DNA from: Amphiscolops sp. MND2022
Lineage: Eukaryota
Length of the DNA: 64,000 nt
Direction of reading: 5' to 3'
NCBI GenBank assembly: GCA_964187785.1
Contig: OZ076409.1
Location: 61,630,001-61,694,000 of the forward strand
Every line of letters begins with the position of its first letter. Within the stretch, counting starts at the first letter, position 1. The translations under genes were made by a program, and so were the position numbers. Below, piece after piece: positions 37,590-49,724 of the stretch. Below the pieces are notes generated by a model that was not told the DNA's origin, made no database searches, and worked only from the letters and a program-made list of their open reading frames with translations.

Positions 37590-38149
37590 ATTTTTCATAT
37601 TGCGTACAAGTAGGAGCAACTTCTGCTTTCCGGCCCCGGAGGGTCCAGATCTAGGAAAACATTTTGGAGAGTCCTAGATTATTTTTATTGCATTAATCAA
37701 GCCTTTTAGGCTTTCTTCTAGCTGAATTCCTGCGTTTCCTGCATGTTTCCGAGGTCTGGAAAGAGAAATAACTGATTTACGGCAAAGTACCGTTTTGACA
37801 CCGTTTCTGCTTACCGAGATTAACCATCCGGCTTAACCGGATTCTGTTTTGAAGGGTTTTGTAGTCTCATTTCAGCTTAGTTGTAATGTATTGGGACTGC
37901 AGGGACGTGATGTGAGCGCCTCCACTAGCTGTGACGATGGTGCGACGTCCTTCACGACAACACCCTCTTGACCCACTGGTGGACCACTACGAATCGTCTG
38001 GGTTACAATCTCCTTTTTTGTTTTTGTGGCTTAAAAAGCCTATTCCCAAGCGTACTCCCATTAGTAAGAACTGAGAAAAATACCCACTGGGTATTCCGAT
38101 TGTTTTCTGAAAAAATATAGCGAGCTAGCCATAACACCCTATATAGCTC

Positions 38150-38860
38150 TAATTTCGATTTGGTTACTTTTAAAAGTCGAAATTTTTCAGACGATAGTAC
38201 GACCAATGGGAATACAATAAAAACGTTCCATTAGACCTATCAAGTCAGGAACAGAAAAATTTGTTTAGCTAAATTGTGAAAAACACCGAAAACTTTAGCG
38301 ATTTTTGTTTGAAAACGTCAACTTTGGACTTTGAGACGAAAACTGGTGAGGGCGAAGCCCTGTTCGTTTTTCTCAGAGCAATGCGAGCCACCTAAAATTC
38401 TTTTTCCCGAGCCAGATATCAGAAAACGTTATCGTCAAGCAGTTTTTTGAGGCCCTCCAACGAAATATTGAATAAGTTACCAGCCAATTTTCATTTTAAT
38501 ACAATAGCCATTTATCGGTCATCATTAGTTACAAAAGCCAAAATTTTTCAGAAGAGGGTACGGCCAGTGGCAATACAATAAAAATGTTCCACTAGACATT
38601 TCAAGCTAGGAACAAAACTTTTTAACCCGCTAATTTACTTGAAAACAAAAAAAATTAGCGATTTTTGTTTGTGAAGACCCAAAATTGGCCTAACAGACCA
38701 AATGTGGTGAGGGCGAAGCCTTGAGTGTTTGTTCCAAAGCTTTCAGAGCTGCCCAAAAACATTGTTCCCGAGCTTGGTGGTACAAAACACTACTGCCAAG
38801 ACGTTTATTACCCTTCCCCAATATAAATTGATAGTTTAACCCTTGACTTTCTATTGTTAT
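38150..38860. repeat. diverged ~360-bp internal tandem duplication in element B
   Basis: Paired motifs AATACAATAAAAA (38211/38572), TTAGCGATTTTTGTTTG, TGGTGAGGGCGAAGCC and TTCCCGAGC. Confidence 0.8.
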
Positions 38861-41800
38861 ACATAGACCTGAGTAGAGGACCCCATAGACCTGAGAGTTA
38901 TAACATCAAAACTAATAATTGAAACAATCCCAGTCCCGTGAATAAAGTTATTACACCTTATTACGTTACGTTTAGAACTATCCCGAACATCTGGGAACCG
39001 AGAAATGAAAAGTTGCCAGGGAAAATACGTATTTTTCACCTTGTTCCCAGAATGTAAAAGGTGTAACTTGAGAATTTTTTGAGAGACCTTATTTGGAACC
39101 TACCAGGTTTCGCTTGCCTATTTTCTGTTATTATAGAGTGTAACATTACAAACACAGAAAACCGCGAGTGATTCCAACCAGTGGTTGTTGAGAAATAGCC
39201 GAAAACGCGTTATTTTTGCGACATTTTGGGAACCATGTAGTAGTGCTTCCAGCACAGGTCGAAATCTCTCCTAGTAGGAGCAGCCTCAAACGGATTGCAC
39301 CAGCGTGTAGACCATAAAAAGTTACGTTAGTGGTGTAATTTTCGTAGCGCTAGCATTACTAGTGATTGAGAAATCTTAGCCGCAGTTTTGCTCAAAAATC
39401 GTGTGAAAATGTCGAAAAATTGGAATTTTAGTTGAGCATAGTGCAATACCTCGCAGGTATCCCAACACTAAAATTCTTGCATTTTCGTGCGCACGGCACT
39501 GGATCACGACAATTTGTGCAGTTTGAGCAGCCGGCTACTAGCCAAAGCTGAGAAATTGACATTTTTGCGATTTTTGACCCGAAAAAGTGGTACCTCTGGT
39601 ACATCAAGGTTTTGTCACTTCATATCGCCAAATGTTGATCAAGACACCTCGCCCTTCTGTTTTTCTGTTACGTAGGCAAAAGTTACGCTCGCATGCAAAA
39701 TTTCAGGTGGCTGGGACGCCTCGAAGGCGTGTTTGACCACTTTTTGTGAATTTCACGACATAGTCAATTTTTCAGTGATCATTGTTAAGTGGCCGTGACA
39801 CCCACAGGGTCATTTTTGACCCAATCGGAGAATTATTCCCCACGATTCAGCCAGTGTAATAGACGGTGTGAAATTTTCAGATCGCTAGCAGCGCTAGAAG
39901 TGATTTTCACCTTCCCCGGAGGTGCATGTTGACGAGAAAATTGTTGATTTTGGGCATTTTTGCAAAAAATCACGTAGTTTTTCTCAGTGTACGTGCCAGT
40001 GAGGGCCAAGACGACTCAATTAGCATACCAAGCGCCCTCAGGACGTCTTCTTGAATCACTTTGATTAGTGCTAAGCTGACCCTAAGATCTCGGGTCTCTG
40101 AGAAAACCGGTCTACGAGACATAGAGGTGAAAAACCGAAAATGGAACTTCGCTTCCTGACTGCTATCAAAGTCACCCAAGTGCAATCTATCCATTGTGAA
40201 CATGCAGGCTCGATGTTTTGTGTACCCCGTGGGTGCAAGAGCGCGTTTTTAGGCACTTTTAGAAGTTTAGACTTTGTACGCAGTGCGTCTCAAAACAGAA
40301 CAACAAGTGCAGTAGCGACTACCATAGTCGAAAAAGAACGCTTTTTCTGATCGTGCTACGATCGTAAGGCAAGAAAGCACTTCAAACTCAGTGTCCATTG
40401 TTCTACTCACCCCCAAGGTCTACCCGTAGTCCCTATTTACATTTTGGCCATCACTTGTGCTCTCCAGAAACATGGCAACATGAGTGACAAGCGGACATTT
40501 CAGACAATCTAACATCTGTAGCCAAGCAGGCTTCTCAAAAAATCAGTGTTCGCTGCTCAATTCATGCCTAAGGTGTACATTGGTGCTCGGTACCACAGTT
40601 GCGTGAACCATGTCGATGTGAAAACACCGGACAAGAGATTGGCCCGGGGAGTACCCATACTCTCCCGAGAGAAGTCAACACCAAGCATGATGAAACACCT
40701 AGAGCTTCGAAGCTCTGAGAACTGCTTGGCCAGCGGCCGTGCTTTTAGAACCCGAATGATTGCTCTGGAACTTGTTTTTAATGCCGAAGACTGTTTTCAT
40801 GATCTATCATGCCTGATTTTTGACTTTTATTGGTTCTGCTCTATCATCGTTAGTGACATTGTCCCCTCTTGAGAAGTAGTTTGTTTCCATCTCTTGCATA
40901 TACGCTGGTGCTTGTACTACCTGGACAATAACTTTAACTGAGCGTACACTGCTGACACAATAGATTGAATAGTTCCTCATTTTGGTGATATTATTGATTT
41001 TTTGAGGCCTGTTTCACCATTAGTGCTAATTATTGTGCAATTTCGGTTGGCCATGAACTTTGCAAGACCACAGCTGTTACTTTTATTTTTCGCTTTACGA
41101 GTGCTATCGTGCTTTTTGTAAAACATAACCTATCAGGTGGGCCCCTGGCCAGTGCCAAACCTGTTGTGATGAGTGCTTTTTATGCAGATGCAATAAGGTG
41201 CTAGAATTTTTGAAATTTTGGTGCGAAATTAAAAGTTTGAAATTGTTTTGAATATAAAGCTAAGTGTCTAAAGTTGCTAATATTTTTCCAGTGCAAGAAC
41301 CCGTTGTTGGTGTGGAATCCAAGGAAGCCTGCTAGGCTGGCAAAAACTCATGTTTTTGGGCAATAACGTGTTTTTGGGCAACGACTTCCATTTAGATTCC
41401 TGAAGTACCATGTTGCAACAGTATCACTGGATCACTGGATGGTAGCAACCAAGATGTGAACGTCCTTTCTCGTTTGTCGAGGACGACAAACTGCGGCCCG
41501 GGGAGGATGTAACGTCAGGCAAAAGACGTTGCAGAAGTTTTTGAAAATTTCGATCAAAAATTCGAAATGTGCGACATCAAACAAGCACATTCAAGATGGC
41601 CGACCCGGCAGGTACGAAAACCGTAGAGGAAGCAAAATAAAGGCAAAACACCACCAGAGGATGCCCCCCCCACCACCCAGGGAACGAGAATGTCCGAGAT
41701 GTCGTCACCCAGAAGGCGAGAGAGTCAGGAATTCTGCCATCTGACAGCAAAAAGACAGGGTTTTGGCAGAAAAGTGCCAAATGAGACCATTGTGCCCCGA

Positions 41801-42263
41801 AGATGAGGAATGATACCAGAAGCAGGAAGCCGATGATCGCCACCGAAATGTAACTGTATACTTTATTGGGGCCTATCCCCACCTGTTTTGACTGTTTATA
41901 GCGTATTTGGATAATGTTTGAACTACTAGGTCCTCATTTTAGTCCTTATTCACTCAATATAATGTATTTCAGTTAGACACCTTTTTGGACCTCGGAAGCA
42001 TGTGGGAGATAGCAGGAACGCATTAGAAACCTTAAGATACGTTTTTACAGGCTTGTGGGGCGTGTCCGGACTTTGAGAGTGCCGGCGCGTCGCTTCGGAG
42101 CTCTAACTAGAGAAGCCTCCTTAGACGTTAGAAAAGTCCCCCTTGGAGACCATTTTGGGATCAAAAACTAGTGTCTAGGTATGTAGTAAGACAACGGTCT
42201 CCTGTTTAAGCATCCTAGGCATTGTCCCTCTTCCTAGATGTGCGTCGCTAGCCGGTCGTTACA

Positions 42264-42332
42264 AGCGTTTTGTCAGAACTCTCATTACTTCTGCGCTTGG
42301 CTCACACTATCAGTAGGATTGTTGTTATTGCG
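42264..42332 (+). repeat. right copy of 69-bp target-site duplication of element B
   Basis: Identical to 36787-36855 and followed by TGTA. Confidence 0.92.
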
Positions 42333-42342
42333 TGTAGAGATT

Positions 42343-44213
42343 CGTAAATTAGTGAAAACGGCTGAAACGGCTGGCAATAGCATGCTTCGATATGGCCTAT
42401 TTGGCAAACTACGTATTTACTTAGTAAACGAAACGTCTTAGGCAAAATTAACAAGTTAGTGAGTGACGTCAGCAATTAAATTGTCCGAACCAGTTAAGTC
42501 AGAGTTGATCTCTGAGGGCGAATTTTACTAAGTCCCACTTTCAAGCGAAATTCTTCTAAGATACACTAGGAAAAACTGATCGTCATAAATCTTTACACCC
42601 CCCCCCAAACGGTTTTTCTCAAAGAGTATTAATCGTAGAAACCTGAAATTTAGCACACGTATACCTGAGCTGTTATGCTACCCGCCTATAAAAACGGAAC
42701 TGAGCTGAGACCCCCCAGACTCAGGCTATTAGCACCGGAAGTGACCTAGGTCGGCTCCCCTACGAACTCATCTGCGAAGTACGGAATAAGTCATATTAAA
42801 TATGGAATTGATAGCCCATAGGACGTAAAGCCGTTTGCGCATAGTTTTGGAACCCTACGGCGCGCGTAAGAGGCGCACGGACACTATGTAAATAAACCCC
42901 GAAAGTTATGTAGATAGCCACCGGATGACCCGAGGATAATGAAACTTACCCAAGATGTTCACCTAGTACCCCTAAGTAATGTACATGAAAGATACATTAA
43001 TCGGTCCACCACGCGCGGAGTAATGTTTGTTTAAGGCACACGGGACCGGACGCACAGATCCGACCGCTAAAAGACAATCGACCTGGGCTTGTAGTACCTC
43101 ATACGAACCGGAATGATGAATGTAGTCGATTTATAACCCGAAGGAAACTGTATTTGTAACCCATGCGGGAGTGACCGACCTAAGTAAACAAATGATACGC
43201 ATATCATGTAACTCGGGAACCATTGACCCTAGGACGATATAACTGGGCATCTGGCATTTTTGGATGACGCCAAATAATTTCAAGGTCACCGATGGACCTC
43301 AAGGTCATTCTAAATGCAACCCCTGAGGAGATAGAGAAACGTATATTAAAACATGTAAATCAGCGCCGGTTGCATGATAATTTATGCAATTCAGTCAGGC
43401 GAGAAGATTTGCATTGCAACGCACTTAGAAGGTCGGAAAGGTATCCCTTACACGTAGAGAACATGTAAACCATGTAGTGGAAGGTCGTTGAGCAATTTCT
43501 GCGATGTTAAAAATATCTCGGGTGACTCGAATTTTTCTTGGTATGTGAACTTTCTACAATCTTTGTTGCTTTATTTGTCGTTGGCGGCAAAGAATGTTTA
43601 GACGAAGAATAACCAGTGGCGTTCGCTGTGTCATAAAAGGAATAGTAAACATGAAGGTAAACTCATGCAAAATTAAGACACCGACGCCTTGTAGGTAACG
43701 AAAATGTCAAGTATGATAGAAAGTGAAGATGTAATCACCCAAAACACGGGCGATGAATAAATATAATTGAGGCGGATTTGAAAAATACTGAATAGACACA
43801 ACCGAGTTTTAGAGCTACAAGCAAGTTGAGCCTCGAGACGGAGGCAAGAAACTTGGCTTCGCTATAAGAACTGGTTTGTCGTTAGCTCTAGAGATTGAAC
43901 TTGAACAAGTCCGGGACTTGTGTTTTTGCGCTTCGAATTAGTTGACTGAATCGTGAGTCTTAGCTAGTTTTGTTATATTGATCTGATAACGATTGAAGAG
44001 ACGTTTTGGTTATCGCAATTAAAGTTAATTGGATTGTTGGATTAATTGGATCTCTTTTCGTGATCGATTGTCTTGAGCCGAAAAACTTTAGCACGGTGAC
44101 ACTTTCTAAAGAGATTTGCACGCTTATAGAACGAAACTTACTCACCAAATTTAAAACTTTCTGTTAAGAGTTGAGCCCTGGGGTTTCTCTCCGACCCTCT
44201 GGCTAATGTTTTT
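42343..44213. repeat. ~1.87 kb unclassified non-coding dispersed repeat, copy 2
   Basis: Colinear with 7990-9836 in the same orientation and with the same end points. Confidence 0.85.
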
Positions 44214-44682
44214 AGTCGGCGCCTTTTCCCTTAAGGAAAAAAGCCCGACTCTTACAGTGAGTAGTTTTTTTTTTTTTTGTTTTTTTCAGTTGACAATCTC
44301 ACTCTGAGTGGTCCAGTTTTCTTACAATTCTTACAATTTTCAAAATCTTACAATTATTACTTAGCAAAATTAAAATACTGGCGCAAAAGTAGTTTTTATA
44401 TCATCTAAGGGTCCCCAAAGGGTATTTTCGGCACTGTGCGACTTTTTTTCGAAAAAATTTTTATTGTTCCAAAAGGGTCCCCCCTTCGAGTTTTTTCATA
44501 TTTTGCAACTGAATGTATGTTAATACATCACAAAGGGTCCCCCCTTTTACATTTTTCGGCACTATGCGACTTTTTTTGAAAGAATTTTTTTTTCAAAAAT
44601 TCATGTTTTTTTCCAAAAAAATTTTTTTTGCGCTTTTTGAGCCTTAGATATGGCGCCGACTTTGGACGTTCTCGTCTTGTTT
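44210..44682 (+). mobile_element. full-length HINE/DINE-1-like non-autonomous Helentron
   Basis: TTTTAGTCGGCGCC start with 5' stem-loop (...GCCCGACT), internal AAGGGTCCCC repeats, 3' GGCGCCGACT, GACG-TTCT-CGTC hairpin and TTGTTT end. No TSD seen. Confidence 0.8.
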
Positions 44683-47600
44683 ACACTTGCAATCAATATC
44701 TAGTGCTTCTAAAGGTTACCACCACTTTTGACTACCATAGTTTTTAATGCTTTGTTGTTACTAGACAACCTAAAAACTTTCGTTTTATTGGTTTTCCAAA
44801 GTTTCTTGATAACTCCAAAAGTCCCCGCCTTTATTGTTTCGATTTTCTAGAACAAACTGAATGATCCTTTGTGTTTTTCGGCAACGTGAAATATTTTTGA
44901 AAAGTCTTTATTTATGCTTGCAAAGCAGATGAAAGACCCAAAGGGTCTCCTATTTGTTTTTTTGGTAGCATGCAATTTTTCTGAGTTTTTTAGTCAACCG
45001 AGTTGCTCTCCTTCAACGTTTAGCAGAAAACGCGTTCTGCGACTTAGATGGACTTAGACTTTGGAAGGGCCACTTAGATTTGTTGGCACTATGCGACGTA
45101 TCAAGACATTTTTTGAAAAACAAATTGGAATCCAAGTAGTTGAAAAAAATACTTCCCACTCAATTTTCATTTTTTTTAGGTTTTCTGTTAAAGAAAATCG
45201 TTTTCCAAACCTTAAGGATGAAATCTTCGGATATTTGTTGGTCCTGTGGTGTTGATGAGAGTTGTTTATTCAATACATGTCAAAAAGACTTTCGGTTTTC
45301 TCGGCACTAAGCGACTATTTTTTTAACGTACTTAGATTTTAAAGTACGCAAAAAGCGTTTTACCGCAGAAGAAAGTCAGTTTTTAAGTCCTATGGGTGTC
45401 CCTTCGGAAATTTCATAGCTCAGTAGATGTGATAAATATCTGACAGTGTTTCTGTGCATATTTAAAAAATTGTCGCCTTCTGTCTTTTTCGGCCGACTTT
45501 GGACGTCCTCCAATTTTCAATTCAATCAAGAAAATTTTAATTAAATATTTAATTTGTTATTCTAGTTTCTGCCACATGAATATTTACAGTTGGGTTCCAA
45601 AAGATCGAAACCCATTGCCTCAAAATGGCCAAATTCAAAACCAAAAATCTCGTTAAGTGTCAAAAACAAAAATTTGTCAGCTTCAAATGTTTCTTACAAA
45701 TTTATTTGGTTTACAGAACTGCTTGTTTGAAATTTCTACGACAAATATTGGGAAAGTCGAAAATTTCAGGAAATTTTAATGATAATTTGATTCTATTCGT
45801 TATCTCAGAGGCTTAAAACCGAAATTTTTTGGGATGTTTGGTTGTTTGAAGACTCCTTACAATCTCCCAAACCTACTGAATTGTCAAGATCGGACATTTG
45901 TTTAGAATCAGAAAAACTGCACTCTATTTTCTGTCTATCAGCACTGCAACACATTTATTAAGATAGGCAATAAAAGTTGTGTTCAGAAATAATTTTTCTG
46001 AAATTGAAACAATTTTTCAATGAATTAACACCAGGATGGATGTTTGCTAAACATTTTGAAAAATATTTTCAAACTTTCTGAAAACGAGAAAAAAATGTAA
46101 ATTGATGAAACTTTGTCAAAATTTAGAAATTCTAGTTTTGACAAAATCAAAACGTATCATTTGTTAGACCTGAATTTTCAGAAAGGGTGGATTCCAATCT
46201 AATATCTGAAGCTACAGCGTTTTGCTTCAAGAATGAGCAAAATGAAACTACAGTTCACTCACAGCTAAACTTATACATATTATTGCGTCAAATGTTGTTT
46301 CGCAGAATTTTTGCCAATAAGTCCGCGGACTGGAGTCTTCCCACTATTTTGTAACGTCATCATTTTAAACCTGAATTTACCTTTCCGTTTTTCCAAAAAT
46401 AGAAACAAGGCAAAAATTTGGAAAAGAAATTCATTGCTCCGATTGATTTTAAGTACAGTGCCAAGTAATTAAAAGAAATCGAGTAATCAGAAGAAATCGC
46501 ATACACCTAGTGACGTAAAAAAAGTGATAACACCATGATATATCACTTTTCACTAACTACGCGCCTTGACTAGTTTACACTATTTTCCATTACGCGAGTT
46601 GACGCAGCTTCGCCTTCCAGGAGTAGACAGTCTTGACTGCCCGGATTGACCCTCTTACTAGCATCTTGGTTGTCTTGGCAAGATCTTACCAAATTCTTAC
46701 TACATCTTGGTGACCATGGAACCCATGGCAAGCTTCTTAATAAGATCTCACTAAGATAAAACATTATTCCAATATCGTATCTTATCACGATGCGCAAATT
46801 TCTAAGATTGTAAAAAACACTATAACTTCATTACAAGCAGCCGAGATTCAATCTAAAGGCTCATTTCACCCAACAACGACTATTTCTACTCATTTGCATA
46901 ATCAAAATGCTTCAATCCGCTGAAATAAATTTGCATGCAAAAATGTGCGAAAAATTACGACAACGTATTCTGGCTTCCGAACTTCTGACGAGAATCCTAA
47001 TAACTCCTCACCTGTTTAAGACTGACAAGTGCGAATGTACCAAATGAACGAGCGAATGTTCCGGAACAATAGGAAATCCGGAAGTTTTTCTGTTAATTCA
47101 TATCTCCGTCTTTCTTTGAGCCTGTTTCAGCAGCCGTATTACTGCTGGAACTGGTGTTCATTGTCCCAGTTTGGGCAATGATTCTGCTCGAGGCTTTTTT
47201 GACGCCGTTTTTGTCATGCCCCAATAGCATGAGGAGGATACAGAAACTCTAGAAACTATTTATTTTATACAAACTCCTGAAAGTGCAAATCGCCATATAA
47301 CAGTACTATATTGAATAGGGCGCTAAACAGTGATCCTAAACAAGTGGCTACAGACCTATCCAGTAGTCGAACGCAGTTTATATATTCAACAATTAACATT
47401 TCAATACTGCACCTAAATAGCAACACAATAACGACTGGAACTAACAGTCGCCAACGAGTACATATACTGATACCAATAGTTATTATTCTGCATTGTTTGA
47501 ATATACATGCAATTATGACTGGAATCATCAGTCGTCAATGTCATATTTCATCAGTTTGTCAGTTTAAACCCAGTATTTAAACGTATATTCCCACATGTAA

Positions 47601-48671
47601 GACTGGAGTACTCAGTCATCGTTCTCATCTATTCAACACAGCTGTGTAGTTTATCAAGCTTCTTACTAAAATATCCATGGAGGGTCGACCCGGGTGACTT
47701 ACGCTGAATGACCATTTTACGGATTAAACAGATTACGCTGTGTGACTGAAATCCATTTTACCGGGATGTGTCTCTTAATGATTTTCGGAATAAGAATAGC
47801 AATTCGCGGATCTCGCTGACATAGCATTATACGTGCACTCTTTTAGTAGACTCCGCTGTAGCCTTCCATCTTCCATTGAGTGAGTTCAGAATCAACAGAG
47901 TGAAAAATGCTTTGTACTCTTATTTGTTGTAAGTCTTTCGGACAAATCACCTATCGCCTAAAAATTTTAAACCCGCTTGGCATATCAAGATTGGACCCAA
48001 AACCGAAATTTGTAAATAAAAAAAATTCCAGAATGCATAAGTTGATTTTAAGTGAGGACGATCAGAAACACAAAAGTTTCCGAGCTGAAAAAATACAAGG
48101 GAAAGGACTCGACTTTAGTTTGTGAAAACTATTTTAATCAATTCGAAATGCCCGCTTCTTTCATTACATTCATTGTTTGCAAAGATTGTACATCTTTGAG
48201 CTAATTGGTAATTGCCATTTCAATTTTCTTGAATCTTATCAAAAAATTACCTCACATGAGTTCAGATTGTTAGTTAGAGACAAAGACTACAGACAATAGA
48301 CCACAGGCAATAAGTTTTGGCCCAATCAAGTGAGTAATCTATATTTTTGAAAGCAACCTAAGTAGTTGATGCAATGCCCTTAGGCAATGCTTCTCCCGAT
48401 GTTTGTATGTGCGCTGCTTTGCAAAACTCTCATGCCACAAAAGTGTTCAAGGTGCTTTGTCAAAAAATTGTTCATTGAAAACAAAACTTCTTTCAAAGTG
48501 ATTACATCAATATTCAGATTATAAATTAACACAGCTCTCTTCAAGCAGTTTCAACCAAATAGTATGTTGCTATGAATTAAATACTCAGGTGACCAAATGC
48601 AATGGTAAGAAAAATTGTATCGAATTAAATTACTTTAGAGTCAATTTTTCAATTAGCGAAGTTATATTTCA

Positions 48672-49724
48672 TCACTCGTTAAATTTCGACATCGCTATCC
48701 TTCTAAGAATGTAATCGACAATAAACGATGGATCGTAGCCGAACGCCTCATACTCGAACTTTCTTCGTTCTATGATCTTCTTCACATCTTCGATGTTGAC
48801 ATCGTGAAATATTTTCGGATCGCCCAGTTTCAAAGGACAGCTCTGGGACGATGCAATTTTAGACGAAACGTGGTTCAAGTTGAAATGCTTCCAAAGTCTC
48901 GTTTTGTTGTATACTAAATAAACCAAGTCATCAGTCATGGTTTCAAGTCGTCCAATAAATTTATACTTCAAAGTACAAGGCGCACAAACATCAAAGAATC
49001 CGTTAAAATGTGAATCGGACATCAGTGCGTCGTTTGTTGACAAATATTTAAAAACTTGACCCAAGGTTGGATTTCGGTCCAGATTTTGTTTCAACGCCTT
49101 TCTGTACATCAGCTGAACTGAAGCACTGTCGCAAAATTTGTTGAAATATGACGAAATGATTCTCATAATTGGTTCTCTAGTAAACATGTAGCCTTTATAA
49201 CTAGACGCAACTTGCTGATAATTTGAACTTGTTAGTCTCTCAATTTGCTCATCAACAACTGGATGCTGAAAATTCTTGTGGTAAAAAGTTTGGTTGGGGT
49301 GAAACGCGTTCCATAAAACATAAGCCCTGTACGTTGTTCCGCTTTTGGCAACACGACATTCAAAGATTCTATGATCACTGAGAACACTGAATCTTTTTCC
49401 ATAGTTTGAAACCAAATTGGACAAGCTCTTCTTTTTCAAACTCGGGTTTCGTTCGCAAAATTTTTCCAGTGTCTCTAAACGTTTTTGTTGTCTTTCATAG
49501 GCGAACAATCGTTTCTCCTCCTCCAAGTTTCCAAAAACGGGCTCTTGGTCAGCTTGGCTTTTGAGGTCATTTTTACGCGTTGCTTCCATTTCCTCAATTT
49601 TTGGCTTGAACCAGAAAAGCAATAGGCAAGCAATGGTCAAGAATATAGACGTGGCACATCCATTGGAAATTTTGGGATTCATTTTGCTGGAATTAAATTG
49701 TCTTCGATTGAAGCACGACCCCAT
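48672..49724 (-). CDS. carbohydrate sulfotransferase, Sulfotransferase-2 family (CHST8-14/HNK-1ST-like), single coding exon
   Basis: N-terminal TM helix (IFLTIACLLLFWF), 5'-PSB CRVAKSGTT, 3'-PB FTREPIMRIISSY, and DSHF...CAPCTLKYKFIGRLETMTDD. ATG at 49724 or 49682. Confidence 0.93.
   Translation of the reverse strand: MGSCFNRRQFNSSKMNPKISNGCATSIFLTIACLLLFWFKPKIEEMEATRKNDLKSQADQEPVFGNLEEEKRLFAYERQQKRLETLEKFCERNPSLKKKSLSNLVSNYGKRFSVLSDHRIFECRVAKSGTTYRAYVLWNAFHPNQTFYHKNFQHPVVDEQIERLTSSNYQQVASSYKGYMFTREPIMRIISSYFNKFCDSASVQLMYRKALKQNLDRNPTLGQVFKYLSTNDALMSDSHFNGFFDVCAPCTLKYKFIGRLETMTDDLVYLVYNKTRLWKHFNLNHVSSKIASSQSCPLKLGDPKIFHDVNIEDVKKIIERRKFEYEAFGYDPSFIVDYILRRIAMSKFNE

Larger units (their letters stand above)
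36856..42263 (+). mobile_element. non-autonomous LTR retrotransposon B (LARD-like), LTRs 36856-37555 and 41508-42263
   Basis: Near-identical TGTAACG...CGTTACA direct repeats (700/756 bp, one 55-bp indel). PBS at 37572-37589, hairpin TTTGTCGAGGACGACAAA at 41473-41490, PPT GGCCCGGGGAGGA at 41495-41507. No gag/pol ORF recognised. Confidence 0.92.

Noticed and set aside
36787..42332. DIRS/Ngaro-type split direct repeats
   Set aside because: TG...CA LTRs with a tRNA PBS and PPT fit a conventional LTR element, and no tyrosine recombinase ORF is present.
47090..47560. Possible decayed GPCR C-terminal half on the minus strand (hydrophobic segments, SALFNIVLLYG...FQEFV)
   Set aside because: The resemblance to TM5/TM7 is weak and needs several frameshifts; it cannot be supported without a profile search.
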